A stretch of DNA of 40,371 nt from Verrucomicrobiota bacterium (GTDB lineage: Bacteria; Verrucomicrobiota; Lentisphaeria; Lentisphaerales; Lentisphaeraceae), in NCBI GenBank assembly GCA_039798785.1, contig JBDKFG010000043.1, positions 1 to 40,371 on the forward strand, written 5' to 3'. The notes under the pieces were generated by a model. That model had not been told where the DNA came from and made no database searches. It worked only from the letters and a program-made list of their open reading frames with translations. Numbering within the stretch: the first letter of the stretch is position 1; each line of letters starts with the position of its first letter. The position numbers and the translations under genes are program-made. Shown here piece after piece: positions 27,107-36,948 of the stretch.

Positions 27107-27140
27107 AAAAGCCCCGCCAGTCCTGGCGGGGCTTTTTTTT
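27107..27140 (+). terminator. intrinsic terminator, probably bidirectional
   Basis: AAAAGCCCCGCCAG-TC-CTGGCGGGGCTTTTTTTT. Confidence 0.92.
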
Positions 27141-27301
27141 GCGTCGGCCGCGATTCTCCAACCCGTGCAAGCCCCCGACAATCTGCGAATCCCTGCTGGT
27201 GGTAACTTCAGGGAGTGGGGGAGCAACGACAAGCGAAATAGACTTCGTCTTCACTCCCTCCCCCTACTCACCTAGGCCCTCGGCTCGCGTGACCGCGATT
27301 T

Positions 27302-29284
27302 TCAGGCGCGAGTCCCGTCAAGACATTGCTTGACGTTCTTCAGCAGTTCCTCGGCGAGAACCGGCTTCATGATCACCTGCGTGATGCCGAGTTCGAGGGC
27401 TGCATCTCGGGTGAGATTATTGGAATAGCCGGTGGCCATGATCACCGGAATGCCAGGGCGGATTTTGTGAATTTCGTGAGTGAGGACGTCGCCGCGCATC
27501 TCCGGCATCATGTAGTCGGTGAGGATCAGCTCGAAATCCATCGAATGCTGGCGGAAATGATCGAGTGCGGCCTTGGAGCTGTTGAAGACGACCGGCCGGT
27601 AGCCGCGCAGGCTGAGGGTTTCGGCCGTGATTTCCGACACCATCGGCTCGTCGTCGACCACCAGGATGCGGGCTGACTCCTGAGTTACGACCGGATCGAG
27701 GTTGGCGTTGGTCTTCTCTTGGCGGACCTCCGAGTTCGAGGCCGGCAGGTAGATGTGGAAAGTGGTGCCGCGCCCGAGCTCGGAATCAACGCAGATATGG
27801 CCACGGTGCTGAGTGATGATGCCGAGGACGACTGCAAGGCCGAGCCCGGTGCCCTTGCCGACCTCCTTGGTGGTGAAATAGGGTTCGAAGATGCGGCGCT
27901 TCACCGCCTCGCTCATGCCGGTGCCGGTGTCGCTGATGGCGAGGTGAACGGTGCGCCCGGTGAGCTGCTGGCCGCAAGTGCAGCAGCTGTTGGATGCGCC
28001 TGGCAGGTCATGAGCGCTGATCTTCAGGACTCCGCCATCGGGCATGGCGTGGTTGGCGTTGACGCAAAGATTCATCAGAACCTGGTGGATCTGGGTCTGG
28101 TCGCCGCGGATGAAACTGAGGTCGGGATGGACGTCGAGCTGGGTGCTGATGTTGGACGGCTGCGTCGATTTGAGCATTCGGGCGGCCTCCTTGAGGAGGA
28201 CGGAGAGGCTGACGTCGATGTGCTGCTGCTCGGTCTGGCGGCTGAAATTGAGGATCTGCTTGACCAGGTCCTTGGCACGGTTGCCGGCGCGGATGACTTC
28301 TTCCAAGTGCTTGATCTGCTTGGCGTCCTTGGGCAAAGTGCTGCGGGCGAGATCGCTGTAGCCGAGGATGACTGCGAGCATGTTGTTGAAGTCGTGGGCG
28401 ATGCCGCCGGCAAGAGTGCCGATGAGCTCGGTCTTCTGTGATTGCGCCAGCTGATCCTGCAGGCGATTCTTCTCCGCCTGCATGACTTTCATCTGACTGA
28501 TATCGAGACTGATGCAGAGGACGCAATGAAGCCCCTCGAAAGTCAGAGGAATGCGCGAAGTGAGGAACCAGAACTCGTCGCCTTCAAGAGTGACGATCCG
28601 CTCCTCGATGGAGAGCTGCGGCTGGTTGCTGGCGATGATCTGGGCGTTGGGCGCGATCATCTGCTCCATCTGGCTGTAGGCTGCGCGGTTCTGGTCGACA
28701 AGATGGCTCCAATGGCGACCGAGAAGATCCTCCGGCGAGGACCTGAAGAACTTGGCGAAGGATTTGCTTGCGAGCAGCCAGACGCCCTCCGAGTCGAGCA
28801 CGAAGACATGGGCAGGAGACTCGTCGATAACCGCCTTGAGGAACTGCTTGTTCTGGCGCAAGGCGCTTTCACTGGCCTTGGCGCGGCGGAGGTTGAGGTA
28901 GGCGCTGAGCTGGAGCCGGACGCGGGCGAGGACTTCGTAGATCCGGATGGGCTTCGAGGCGTAGTCATTGCCCCCCGAAGTGAAACACTGGTTGATGGTC
29001 TCGGCGTCGTCACGGGCAGTGACGAAAATGATCGGGATGTCGACGAAACGGGGATCGGCACGCATGCTTTCGGCGACCTCGAAGCCGCTCATCCCGGGCA
29101 TCATCACGTCGAGGAGCACCAGGTCTGGCGTGATCTTCTCCAGATGCGCCAGGGCGGCCGGGCCGTTGTTGACGCAGGAGCAGACGAATCCTTTCGAACT
29201 CAGGAGGGTCTCCAGGAGCTTCACCGACAAAGGCTGATCGTCGACGATCAGAATTCTCATTCCTTCCAGCTTCTCTCCATTCAT
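27302..29284 (-). CDS. hybrid sensor kinase REC-PAS-HisKA-HATPase-REC
   Basis: [56 protein letters not shown]; start taken at ATG 29284. Confidence 0.95.
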   Translation of the reverse strand: MNGEKLEGMRILIVDDQPLSVKLLETLLSSKGFVCSCVNNGPAALAHLEKITPDLVLLDVMMPGMSGFEVAESMRADPRFVDIPIIFVTARDDAETINQCFTSGGNDYASKPIRIYEVLARVRLQLSAYLNLRRAKASESALRQNKQFLKAVIDESPAHVFVLDSEGVWLLASKSFAKFFRSSPEDLLGRHWSHLVDQNRAAYSQMEQMIAPNAQIIASNQPQLSIEERIVTLEGDEFWFLTSRIPLTFEGLHCVLCISLDISQMKVMQAEKNRLQDQLAQSQKTELIGTLAGGIAHDFNNMLAVILGYSDLARSTLPKDAKQIKHLEEVIRAGNRAKDLVKQILNFSRQTEQQHIDVSLSVLLKEAARMLKSTQPSNISTQLDVHPDLSFIRGDQTQIHQVLMNLCVNANHAMPDGGVLKISAHDLPGASNSCCTCGQQLTGRTVHLAISDTGTGMSEAVKRRIFEPYFTTKEVGKGTGLGLAVVLGIITQHRGHICVDSELGRGTTFHIYLPASNSEVRQEKTNANLDPVVTQESARILVVDDEPMVSEITAETLSLRGYRPVVFNSSKAALDHFRQHSMDFELILTDYMMPEMRGDVLTHEIHKIRPGIPVIMATGYSNNLTRDAALELGITQVIMKPVLAEELLKNVKQCLDGTRA

Positions 29285-29444
29285 GAAGATCCCCCTAGGC
29301 AATTGGGACTCGCGGCTTGTCTGTTCTAAGATACGATGGATCACCCGTTCTCCGCAAGATGCCGGGAAAGTTTTTATCGGCTATCCGCGGAATAGTTTTC
29401 CCGACTGGGGTGGGCCAGGCTCAAAAGCCCTCGCGAAAAGTCCT

Positions 29445-29460
29445 TGGCACGGCGTTTGCA
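29445..29460 (+). promoter_or_regulatory. sigma54 (-24/-12) promoter of the flgD operon
   Basis: TGGCAC-GGCGT-TTGCA, an exact match to TGGCAC-N5-TTGCW, 50 bp before the flgD ATG. Confidence 0.9.
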
Positions 29461-29510
29461 ATCCTCTTCCGGCAGACCGCTCGCCAACCGACAACCCAGG
29501 AGCTTCCGCC

Positions 29511-29930
29511 ATGATCGAAGCCATACAATCTCCAAGCCCCATCGCGGCGCAGGCCCCGACACCGGGCGGCAATGCGGAGCTCGGGAAGAATTCCTTCCTC
29601 AAGCTCCTCGTTGCCCAGATGCAGAACCAGGACCCCCTCAACCCGCAGTCGAATGCCGAGTTCGTGGCCCAGCTGGCACAGTTCAGCTCCCTCGAACAGA
29701 TGCAGGACGTCAACAAGAACCTCGGCAGCATGCTGACCGGCTCCCAGCTCGGCGGCGCCGGCAACCTGATCGGCAAGCAGGCTTCCTGGAACGACGCCCA
29801 GGGCCTGCGCCAGAGCGGCCTGGTCGAGAAAGTCACGATCAGGGACGGCGCCCTGCAGGCCGTCATCAACGGCATCGAAGTCCCCGCCGACAAAATCACC
29901 GAAATCGCCCAAGCCCCGCTGGCTCCCTGA
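29511..29930 (+). CDS. flgD: flagellar hook capping protein
   Basis: [22 protein letters not shown]...[22 protein letters not shown]. Confidence 0.95.
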   Translation: MIEAIQSPSPIAAQAPTPGGNAELGKNSFLKLLVAQMQNQDPLNPQSNAEFVAQLAQFSSLEQMQDVNKNLGSMLTGSQLGGAGNLIGKQASWNDAQGLRQSGLVEKVTIRDGALQAVINGIEVPADKITEIAQAPLAP

Positions 29931-29978
29931 GCCCGGGCTTACCGTCTTTTGCACCAGAACTGAAAAAGGAGTCCCGCC

Positions 29979-30809
29979 ATGAGTCTTTCCGCCGCACTCA
30001 ACACCGCAGTCCAGGGCATGGCCGGCCAGTCGGTCCGCTTCCTGCACATCGGCAACAACATCGCCAACTCCAGCACCACCGCCTTCAAGAACAGCGACGT
30101 CAGCATGTTCGAGAACATGAGCCCGAACGTCAGCTCGCCCGGCGCCGACGGCAGCCGGGTGCAGCCCGGCGTCGGCGTCACCGTCTCAGGCACCGTCACC
30201 GACTTCGCCGGCGGCCAGATCAAGGACGACTTGCAACCCGGTCACCTCGCGGTGATCGGCGAAGGCTACCTCACCGTGATCCAAGGCACCTCGACCTACC
30301 TGACCCGCGCCGGCGACTTCTCCATCGTCGAAAACCCCGCCAACAAAGGCGCCACTCCGCCCGAATTCGTCCTCAGCCGCCCCAACGGCGCCATCCTCCA
30401 GGGCGCCGCCGACGTCGGAGGAGCGATCTCCGGACCGTTGACCTTCCAGGAACGCCCGGAATCCTTCTCCTTCTCCGCCAACGGCACTGTCACCGCCCTG
30501 CCGGCCACCGTCACCGTGGTCAACGGCAACATCGGCCTGAAGCGATTCCTGAACCAGAACGCCCTGATCAAGAAGGACGCCCAGATGTTCGCCGAGACGG
30601 CGGACGCGATGGCCTTCACCACCGACCCCGAAGTCCCTGGCGCCACCGGTTCCGGCTACCTCCGTCAGGGAGCACTCGAACAGTCGAACGTCGATCTGAC
30701 CCAGGAATTCACCAAGATGATCATCACCCAGCGGGCCTTCACCGCCAATTCGAAGACCATCACCACCGCCGACGAACTGCTCAACACCGTCATCAACATG
30801 AGACGCTGA
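29979..30809 (+). CDS. flgE: flagellar hook protein, short form (FlgE/F/G family)
   Basis: IGNNIAN, YLTRAGDF, LEQSNVDLTQEFTKMIITQRAFTANSKTITTADE; position directly after flgD. Confidence 0.82.
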   Translation: MSLSAALNTAVQGMAGQSVRFLHIGNNIANSSTTAFKNSDVSMFENMSPNVSSPGADGSRVQPGVGVTVSGTVTDFAGGQIKDDLQPGHLAVIGEGYLTVIQGTSTYLTRAGDFSIVENPANKGATPPEFVLSRPNGAILQGAADVGGAISGPLTFQERPESFSFSANGTVTALPATVTVVNGNIGLKRFLNQNALIKKDAQMFAETADAMAFTTDPEVPGATGSGYLRQGALEQSNVDLTQEFTKMIITQRAFTANSKTITTADELLNTVINMRR

Positions 30810-30829
30810 CCGATCATTCCTGAAGCCGC

Positions 30830-30858
30830 CGCCATTCCCGGCCACGCCGGGAATGGCG
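30830..30858 (+). other. 13-bp intra-operon stem-loop
   Basis: CGCCATTCCCGGC-CAC-GCCGGGAATGGCG with no U-tract. Confidence 0.7.
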
Positions 30859-30877
30859 CCCAACTCCGAGGTCCCCC

Positions 30878-31459
30878 ATGGCAGAAGATCCCAAAAAAGC
30901 CGAGGCCCCGAGCGACATCGAGGTCAAGAAGTCGCAAGAAGGAAAGCTCATCCTGGTGGTCGCCATCCTGGCGATCCTGGTGATCGTCCTCACCCCAGCC
31001 GTCACCCTCTTCTGGCTGAAATCCTACAACCCGGTGGAGAAGCAGGCCGCCGTCGCGACCAAGGAGGAAGGCGAAGAGAAGCCGCGCTACGAGGAAGTCA
31101 AACTGGCGCCTTTGAAGTGCAACATCTCAGGAACCAAGGGGACTCGCTTCCTGATGTTCCAAGTGACCATCAAGGTCACTCCGGCGCCGGACGATCCCAA
31201 CAAGACTTCGATGGCCTATCTCTTCACACCCAAGAAGAGCGACGACACCTCGAAGAAGATCAACCTGGTCGGCCAGACCAACGCCAAGCTTCTCGAGATC
31301 ATGAGCAATCTGACCCTCGACGAACTCGACGCCCCCAACGCCCGGGGGCGCACCGCCGTCCTCATCGCCAAGGCCCTGAACGAATTAAAAAACAAGGAAG
31401 CACCGAAAGTGGAGGGCGACATCAAGGAAGCCTACTTCGAGGACTTCTTCATCCAGTGA
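30878..31459 (+). CDS. fliL: flagellar basal body-associated protein
   Basis: N-terminal TM helix, CNISGTKGTRFL, IKEAYFEDFFIQ; directly upstream of fliM. Confidence 0.9.
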   Translation: MAEDPKKAEAPSDIEVKKSQEGKLILVVAILAILVIVLTPAVTLFWLKSYNPVEKQAAVATKEEGEEKPRYEEVKLAPLKCNISGTKGTRFLMFQVTIKVTPAPDDPNKTSMAYLFTPKKSDDTSKKINLVGQTNAKLLEIMSNLTLDELDAPNARGRTAVLIAKALNELKNKEAPKVEGDIKEAYFEDFFIQ

Positions 31460-31530
31460 GGATGAAGGGTTGGAATATCCGGCGCCCGCAGGCACATTGC
31501 CGGGAATCAAAGAGCTAGGAGCCCGACCTC

Positions 31531-32565
31531 ATGGCCAACATTCTCTCCCAGGACGAGATCGACGCCCTTCTGACCGCGATGCAGAAGGGCGAATTGGATT
31601 TGGATGCGCAGGAGAAGGACGCCGAAGGCGCGGGACAGGTCGAAATCTACAATTTCCGCCGCCCCAACCTGATCAGCAAAGAGCGTCTGCGCGGCTTCAA
31701 TTCGATGCACGAGCAGCTCGTCCGCCAGGTCCAGGCCGGGCTCTCCCTGCTGATGCGCTCCAACCTGGAAGTCTCGGTCGCCTCGATCGACCAGATCCTC
31801 TACCAGGAGTTCGTCAAGATGATGGACCGGACGACCCATATCGAGCTCTTCACCATGGAGCCCTTGCCCGGCACAGGGGTGATGGAATTCAAGCTGCCTC
31901 TGATCTATGGCGTCCTCGACCTCCTCCTTGGGGGCAAGGGGGACGTACAGACCGAGGTTCGCATCATGACCGAAATTGAACACTCGGTGATCGAACCCTT
32001 CCTGCAGGTGATCACCGAGAACGTCTCCTCCGTCTGGAACGAAGTGGTCGAGGGATCCTTCAACACCGTCCGCACCGAAAGCGACCCCGAGATGGTGCAG
32101 TCGGCTCCCGCCGAAGCGCCGATGGTGGTGGTCACCATGGTCTGCAAGATAGGCAACGCCAGCGGCCTGATCAACATCGCCTATCCGCTGCCGATGGTCC
32201 AGACCCTTCTCAGCGGCCTCGACGCCCGCAGCTTCACCGCCACGGGCTACTACGGCAAGACCATCCCCAAGGACTACCGCAAGGACATCATGTCGGCCCT
32301 CGCCGACATGCCCCTGCCTCTTTCCGTCGACCTCGGGCGCCTGAGCCTGACCTCGCGCGAACTGGAATCTCTCGGCGTCGGCGATGTCGTCATCCTCGGC
32401 ACCCGCACCGGAGACCCCCTCACCCTCAATGTCGGAAAGGACAGCTTCTGCCCCGTCCGTCCCGGCCGCTCCGGCCAGAAGCTCGCGGTCAAGATCCTCG
32501 AGAGCGCCGAGGCGAAAAACCGACTTGATCTGATCGAAAAGCTGCTGGGCGCCCCCCAGCCTTGA
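31531..32565 (+). CDS. fliM: flagellar motor switch protein FliM
   Basis: ILSQDEIDALL, YNFRRP, DLLLGGKG, MTEIE, C-terminal SpoA domain. Confidence 0.97.
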   Translation: MANILSQDEIDALLTAMQKGELDLDAQEKDAEGAGQVEIYNFRRPNLISKERLRGFNSMHEQLVRQVQAGLSLLMRSNLEVSVASIDQILYQEFVKMMDRTTHIELFTMEPLPGTGVMEFKLPLIYGVLDLLLGGKGDVQTEVRIMTEIEHSVIEPFLQVITENVSSVWNEVVEGSFNTVRTESDPEMVQSAPAEAPMVVVTMVCKIGNASGLINIAYPLPMVQTLLSGLDARSFTATGYYGKTIPKDYRKDIMSALADMPLPLSVDLGRLSLTSRELESLGVGDVVILGTRTGDPLTLNVGKDSFCPVRPGRSGQKLAVKILESAEAKNRLDLIEKLLGAPQP

Positions 32566-32581
32566 ACATGGAGAACTGACT

Positions 32582-32911
32582 ATGCCCGGCAACGACGCCG
32601 CGAAAGCCGAATTCGCCCCGGTCAACCCTTCGCCTTCGGCCGGCGACGGCGGCCGCCGCAACCTCGAACGGATCTACGACCTCTCGGTCCAGGCCCGGGT
32701 GCAGCTCGGCGGCACCAACATGACCATCCGCGAACTCCTCAGCCTCAGCCCCGGAACGGTGGTCGAACTGGACCGCATGGCCGGGGAGAGCATCGATCTG
32801 CTGGTCAACGACATCCTCATCGGCAAAGGCGAGGTGGTGGTGATCAACGACAATTTCGGCCTGCGCATCACCGAGATCGCCAGCGCCGAAGACCGCCTGA
32901 AGAAGCTCTGA
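32582..32911 (+). CDS. fliN: flagellar motor switch protein FliN
   Basis: VQLGGTNMTIRELL, VVELDRMAGE, GEVVVINDNFGLRITEI. Confidence 0.97.
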   Translation: MPGNDAAKAEFAPVNPSPSAGDGGRRNLERIYDLSVQARVQLGGTNMTIRELLSLSPGTVVELDRMAGESIDLLVNDILIGKGEVVVINDNFGLRITEIASAEDRLKKL

Positions 32912-34740
32912 TGAAAGCGCAGCGGCAGCCTCGCATCCTCATCGTCGACGACACGCCGGCGCAGCTGCGCTTCCTCGAAGTGATGCTCTCGCGTCAGGGC
33001 TTCGACATCCTCACCGGCTCGTCCTGGGTCGACGCCGAGCGCACCCTCGCCTCCTCAGGCCTGCCCGACATCGTCCTGATGGACGTGATGATGCCTCTGG
33101 TCGACGGCCTTGAGGCCTGCCGCCGCTTCAAGCAGATTCCCGGAGCCGCTCAGATCCCCTTGATCTTCGTCACCGCCGTCGACTCCCAGGAGATCGTCGA
33201 CAAATGCTTCGACGCAGGCGGCTCCGACTACGTCAACAAATTCGCCACCGGGCGCGAACTCGGCGCCCGCATCCGCACCCAGCTCCGCCTCGCCGACAGC
33301 CGACAGGCCGAAACCCGGGTCCTGGAAATGGTCGAGGCGGCTCTCGACGCCCTGCCCGACGCCCTTCTGGCCCTGCGCCGCGACGGCCGACTCGCCTTCG
33401 CCAACGCCAAGGCGAGGCAATGCCTGTCGCAGCCGACGGCCGACCTTGACTTCCTCTCTGCCGTGCCGGTCGACATCTCCCTCATCCTCGGCCGTGACCA
33501 GTTTCTGGAAAGCCGCGGGTCCGGCAAGCCCAGCGGCGGCCGGGTCAACGTCCAGGGCCGCAGCTACATCATCAGCGCCACGCCCCTCAACGACGCCCAC
33601 TGCGGCGAGACGCCTCTGATCTTCCTCTCCTCGCGCGACGTCACCGAGGAGGAGCGGATGGAGCGCCACCTGCGGCAGTCGCAGAAGATGGAAAGCCTGT
33701 CGCGCATCGCCGGCAGCATGGCCCACGAGCTCAACAACATCCTCGGCGGCCTTCTCGGCTCCCTGTCGCTTCTGCGCCTCGGCGACAGCCGTTCCTCGGA
33801 AAGCCTGATCACCTCGGCGGAGAACTCCGGACGCCGCGCCTCCAACGTGATTTCCCAAGTCCTGGACTTCGCCCGCAACAACGACGAACAGATCCTTGCG
33901 GTGCCGGTCGACACCGTCCTGCGCGCCTGCCTGGCCCTGCTCCGCAACGCCTCGGGCCGCAGCCTCTTGAAAGTCCCCGAAAAGCCGATCGAAGGCAGCG
34001 TCCTGATCAACCCCGTCAATTTCCAGCAGATCCTTGTCAACCTGGTCACGGCGATGGCTCAGGCGCATCCGGGCCAGGAGCTCTCGCTCATCTTCTCGCT
34101 CAGCTCCGCCACCCCCCATCCTGCCGGCCCGGCGATGGGCATCCTGCCCGGCGTCCACCTGCGCGGCCAGGTCCGCCTGGCCCAGGCGCCGGAATCGGAG
34201 GAGATCTTCCTTAAAGGCCATCCGAGCGAAGCGGCACTCGGCCTCGGTGTGATGATCGCGGAAGGCATGGTCAACGACGCCGGCGGCCAGGTCTTCGTCG
34301 AAGGCGGCATGAACGCGCCCCAGTCGATCGGCTTCCAGATTCCCGCCCAGGCAGAGCGCCCGGCCGCGACGAACCCCACCCCAGAAGCACCACGCCTGAT
34401 CATCATCCAGGAGCCGGACGCCAACCTCCGCCGCGTCCTCGAGGACATGGCCTCGATGCTGCCAAGCTGCCGCTTCCGCCTCGTCAACACCCCCGAACAG
34501 CTGATGGAGCGACTCGCCGATCACGACCAGAAATACGACGTCGCCATCGTCGACGCCGACGGCCATCCCAAACTGGCCGACAACATCATGCTGATCCGTT
34601 TCACCCGGCCCGAAATGAAGCTGGTCATCGGCTCCTCGCGCGATCCCGAAGCCGCCGCCGCCCTGGCCCGGCGCGAAGACATCGCCTTCCTTGAAAAACC
34701 CTACCGCTTGCGTGAATTCCAGAACCTGATGGTCAATTAA
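32911..34740 (+). CDS. hybrid REC-PAS-HisKA-(degenerate HATPase)-REC protein
   Basis: VLMDVMMP and AGSMAHELNN intact; N, G1 and F boxes not recognisable; coupled to fliN (TGATG). Confidence 0.88.
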   Translation: MKAQRQPRILIVDDTPAQLRFLEVMLSRQGFDILTGSSWVDAERTLASSGLPDIVLMDVMMPLVDGLEACRRFKQIPGAAQIPLIFVTAVDSQEIVDKCFDAGGSDYVNKFATGRELGARIRTQLRLADSRQAETRVLEMVEAALDALPDALLALRRDGRLAFANAKARQCLSQPTADLDFLSAVPVDISLILGRDQFLESRGSGKPSGGRVNVQGRSYIISATPLNDAHCGETPLIFLSSRDVTEEERMERHLRQSQKMESLSRIAGSMAHELNNILGGLLGSLSLLRLGDSRSSESLITSAENSGRRASNVISQVLDFARNNDEQILAVPVDTVLRACLALLRNASGRSLLKVPEKPIEGSVLINPVNFQQILVNLVTAMAQAHPGQELSLIFSLSSATPHPAGPAMGILPGVHLRGQVRLAQAPESEEIFLKGHPSEAALGLGVMIAEGMVNDAGGQVFVEGGMNAPQSIGFQIPAQAERPAATNPTPEAPRLIIIQEPDANLRRVLEDMASMLPSCRFRLVNTPEQLMERLADHDQKYDVAIVDADGHPKLADNIMLIRFTRPEMKLVIGSSRDPEAAAALARREDIAFLEKPYRLREFQNLMVN

Positions 34741-34919
34741 GGGGGCGGAACTGCTTCCTGCCCAGATGATAAGGGAGAGAAAAACGGAGCCCTGGCACAG
34801 CATCATCCTAACTTCCACAGCTTGAATGAAAGCTTTAATCGCCTATGACTTGTGCGGGGATCGCAACTGTTGCCGTCTTATCCTGATGCTCAATGTCTTG
34901 CGCTTCAACTTTTCCAGGG

Positions 34920-35981
34920 TCATCTCCCGGCGGCAAACCAGATCAGCGGCGCTGCCGAGCCCAGCAGCAACAAGGGCAGGCAACCCTTCCTGGCCGGAGG
35001 CTCGAGTTCCGGCGGAGTCTCGGCGGCTTCGCGACGATAGGTCTCTCCACTTTCGAGCTCGTCCATCACCCGCTGCAGCAGCTCGAGAGTGTGCCCATGC
35101 TCGGGCCGCTTCTCCTGTTGCGGCGAGAGCATCGCCATCACCAGATCGCTGAGCAGCAGCGGAATCCTCGGGTTGAGCTGCCGCGGAGAGTCGCAGACGC
35201 CGCGAAGGCAGAGATCCAGCTCGTCCTCCATGCGGACGGAGAAGAACGGCCGACGGCCGCTCAGGACTTCGTAATAGATCGCTCCGAGGCTCCAGATGTC
35301 TGAGGCCCGCCCCGCTGCGTCTCCTCTCACCACTTCAGGCGCTGCGTAGCCGCGGTTGGGGATGAGCAGGCGCTCGCTGCGACCGGCCGCCCGCGCCGTC
35401 TGGAGCAGCGCCGTCCCCAGCTGCAGGTCGAACACCCTCAGGTTGCGGTGCTGATCGAAACGGAGCTGGCTGGGACGAAGACTGCCATGTACCAGCCCCT
35501 GCTCGTCGAGATCCTCGAAGAGCGAGGTGATGTCGAGCATCAGCTGCAAGGCCTGCGGGAGCGGCACCGCCCCTTTCGCCATCCTCTCCTTCAAGCTCTC
35601 CGCCCCCGGCATCAGATAATGGGCGCAAGGAAGCCCTTCCACCGTCTCCACCTTGACCGGCTGAAGCAGGGAGGGATGCTTGGTCTCCGCCAGCTGCAGG
35701 GCGGTCTTGATGAAGCAACTCTTCATCTCCGGCAGGACGGCGAACTCCGGCAGAAGGCGCCGCAGCAGCAAAGGTGTGGCGCCTCCCTCGCGGACCAAAG
35801 TATGCAGGGAACTGAAGGAGTCGCGCCCCACTTCGTCGGCAAGCAGATGGCTGCCGAAAGGCAGACTGACCCTGAACTCGCGCTGGCAGGCGGGACAGGC
35901 GACGGTTTTGAAGGCGTGCTCCCCCCGCAGCTCAAGGCGGCGGGAACAGTGCGGACAGGGGATTTTGAAAGACTCGCTCAT
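34920..35981 (-). CDS. zinc-ribbon + Ser/Thr kinase-like domain + C-terminal TM helix (probable pseudokinase)
   Basis: CPHC...CPAC, YAAPE, SDIWSLGAIYYEVLSGRRPF; catalytic loop reads HGSLRPSQ. Confidence 0.85.
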   Translation of the reverse strand: MSESFKIPCPHCSRRLELRGEHAFKTVACPACQREFRVSLPFGSHLLADEVGRDSFSSLHTLVREGGATPLLLRRLLPEFAVLPEMKSCFIKTALQLAETKHPSLLQPVKVETVEGLPCAHYLMPGAESLKERMAKGAVPLPQALQLMLDITSLFEDLDEQGLVHGSLRPSQLRFDQHRNLRVFDLQLGTALLQTARAAGRSERLLIPNRGYAAPEVVRGDAAGRASDIWSLGAIYYEVLSGRRPFFSVRMEDELDLCLRGVCDSPRQLNPRIPLLLSDLVMAMLSPQQEKRPEHGHTLELLQRVMDELESGETYRREAAETPPELEPPARKGCLPLLLLGSAAPLIWFAAGR

Positions 35982-36089
35982 GGCGCCTAATCTGATCGTC
36001 CGCACATCCTTGTCCAGCCCTTGCAGCCGGACGGGAGCGGACGATCTTCTCCCCAAGACCACTTTGCTCAGCAGCCCACGGAGTCCACC

Positions 36090-36317
36090 ATGCCCGATCC
36101 AGCCCCGATCAAGACCGACCTTGTCGCCGGAAACACCTACGCCTGGTGCCGCTGCGGCCAGTCCAAGAAGGCGCCCTTCTGCGACGGTTCGCACCGCGGC
36201 AGCGGCATCACCCCGCTGGCGTTCACTCCCGACGCCAGCGAATCCGCATGGCTCTGCGCCTGCGGCCAGAGCGGCAAAGGCCCCCGTTGCGACGGATCCC
36301 ACAGGCAGCAGAGCTGA
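36090..36317 (+). CDS. CDGSH iron-sulfur protein with two motifs
   Basis: CRCGQSKKAPFCDGSH and CACGQSGKGPRCDGSH. Confidence 0.95.
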   Translation: MPDPAPIKTDLVAGNTYAWCRCGQSKKAPFCDGSHRGSGITPLAFTPDASESAWLCACGQSGKGPRCDGSHRQQS

Positions 36318-36318
36318 A

Positions 36319-36810
36319 ATGGGCCTGGAGATCGAAAGGAAATTCCTCGTCGCGGGCCGCCCCTGGGAGGGTCTCCCCGGGGAGCTCCTCAGCCAGGCTT
36401 ATCTCGCCAGAGGCGGCGTGACGGTGCGCATCCGCCGCGGCGAAGGCCGCGCCTGGCTGACGGTGAAGGGTCGTAGCGACGGAGCCGGGCTCAGCCGGGC
36501 AGAATTCGAATACGAGATCCCCGATGCCGACGCCGAGGCGATGTTGCGCCTCTGCGAAGAAGCGCCGCTCAGCAAGCGCCGCTACCGTCTCATCTTCGGC
36601 AGCCATCTCTGGGAGATCGACGTCTTTGAAGGGGACAATCTCGGCCTGGTGGTGGCGGAGATCGAACTCGACGCCGAGAAGGAGGAGTTCCTCCGTCCTC
36701 CCTGGCTCGGCCGGGAGGTCAGCGCCGAGCCCCGCTACCGCAACTCCTCGCTCGCCAAACACCCCTGGAAGTCCTGGAGCCCCGCCGAACAGGCAGAGTC
36801 CCGCCCCTGA
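36319..36810 (+). CDS. CYTH domain protein
   Basis: EIERKFLV, VRIR, LTVKG, RAEFEYEIP, WEIDVF, VAEIEL, PWLGREVS...YRNSSLA. Confidence 0.93.
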   Translation: MGLEIERKFLVAGRPWEGLPGELLSQAYLARGGVTVRIRRGEGRAWLTVKGRSDGAGLSRAEFEYEIPDADAEAMLRLCEEAPLSKRRYRLIFGSHLWEIDVFEGDNLGLVVAEIELDAEKEEFLRPPWLGREVSAEPRYRNSSLAKHPWKSWSPAEQAESRP

Positions 36811-36948
36811 TCAGGACCTTGTCGTTGCAGCGCTCCGCCGGCTTTTCCGGCGCCGGAGGAAAAATTCCGAAGCGGCGCTAGAGTCGCTGCACAACCACGC
36901 CACGATCGGAATCACCCGCTCGCACTACAAACATCTAGAGGTCGCACC

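Noticed and set aside
34793..34808. TGGCAC in the gap after the hybrid kinase
   Set aside because: No -12 TTGC element and no downstream plus-strand gene.
33055..34818. Long antisense ORFs (this 587-aa one, and e.g. 2746-3993, 19722-21044, 26095-27108)
   Set aside because: Shadows of real genes caused by high-GC codon bias; no recognisable motifs.
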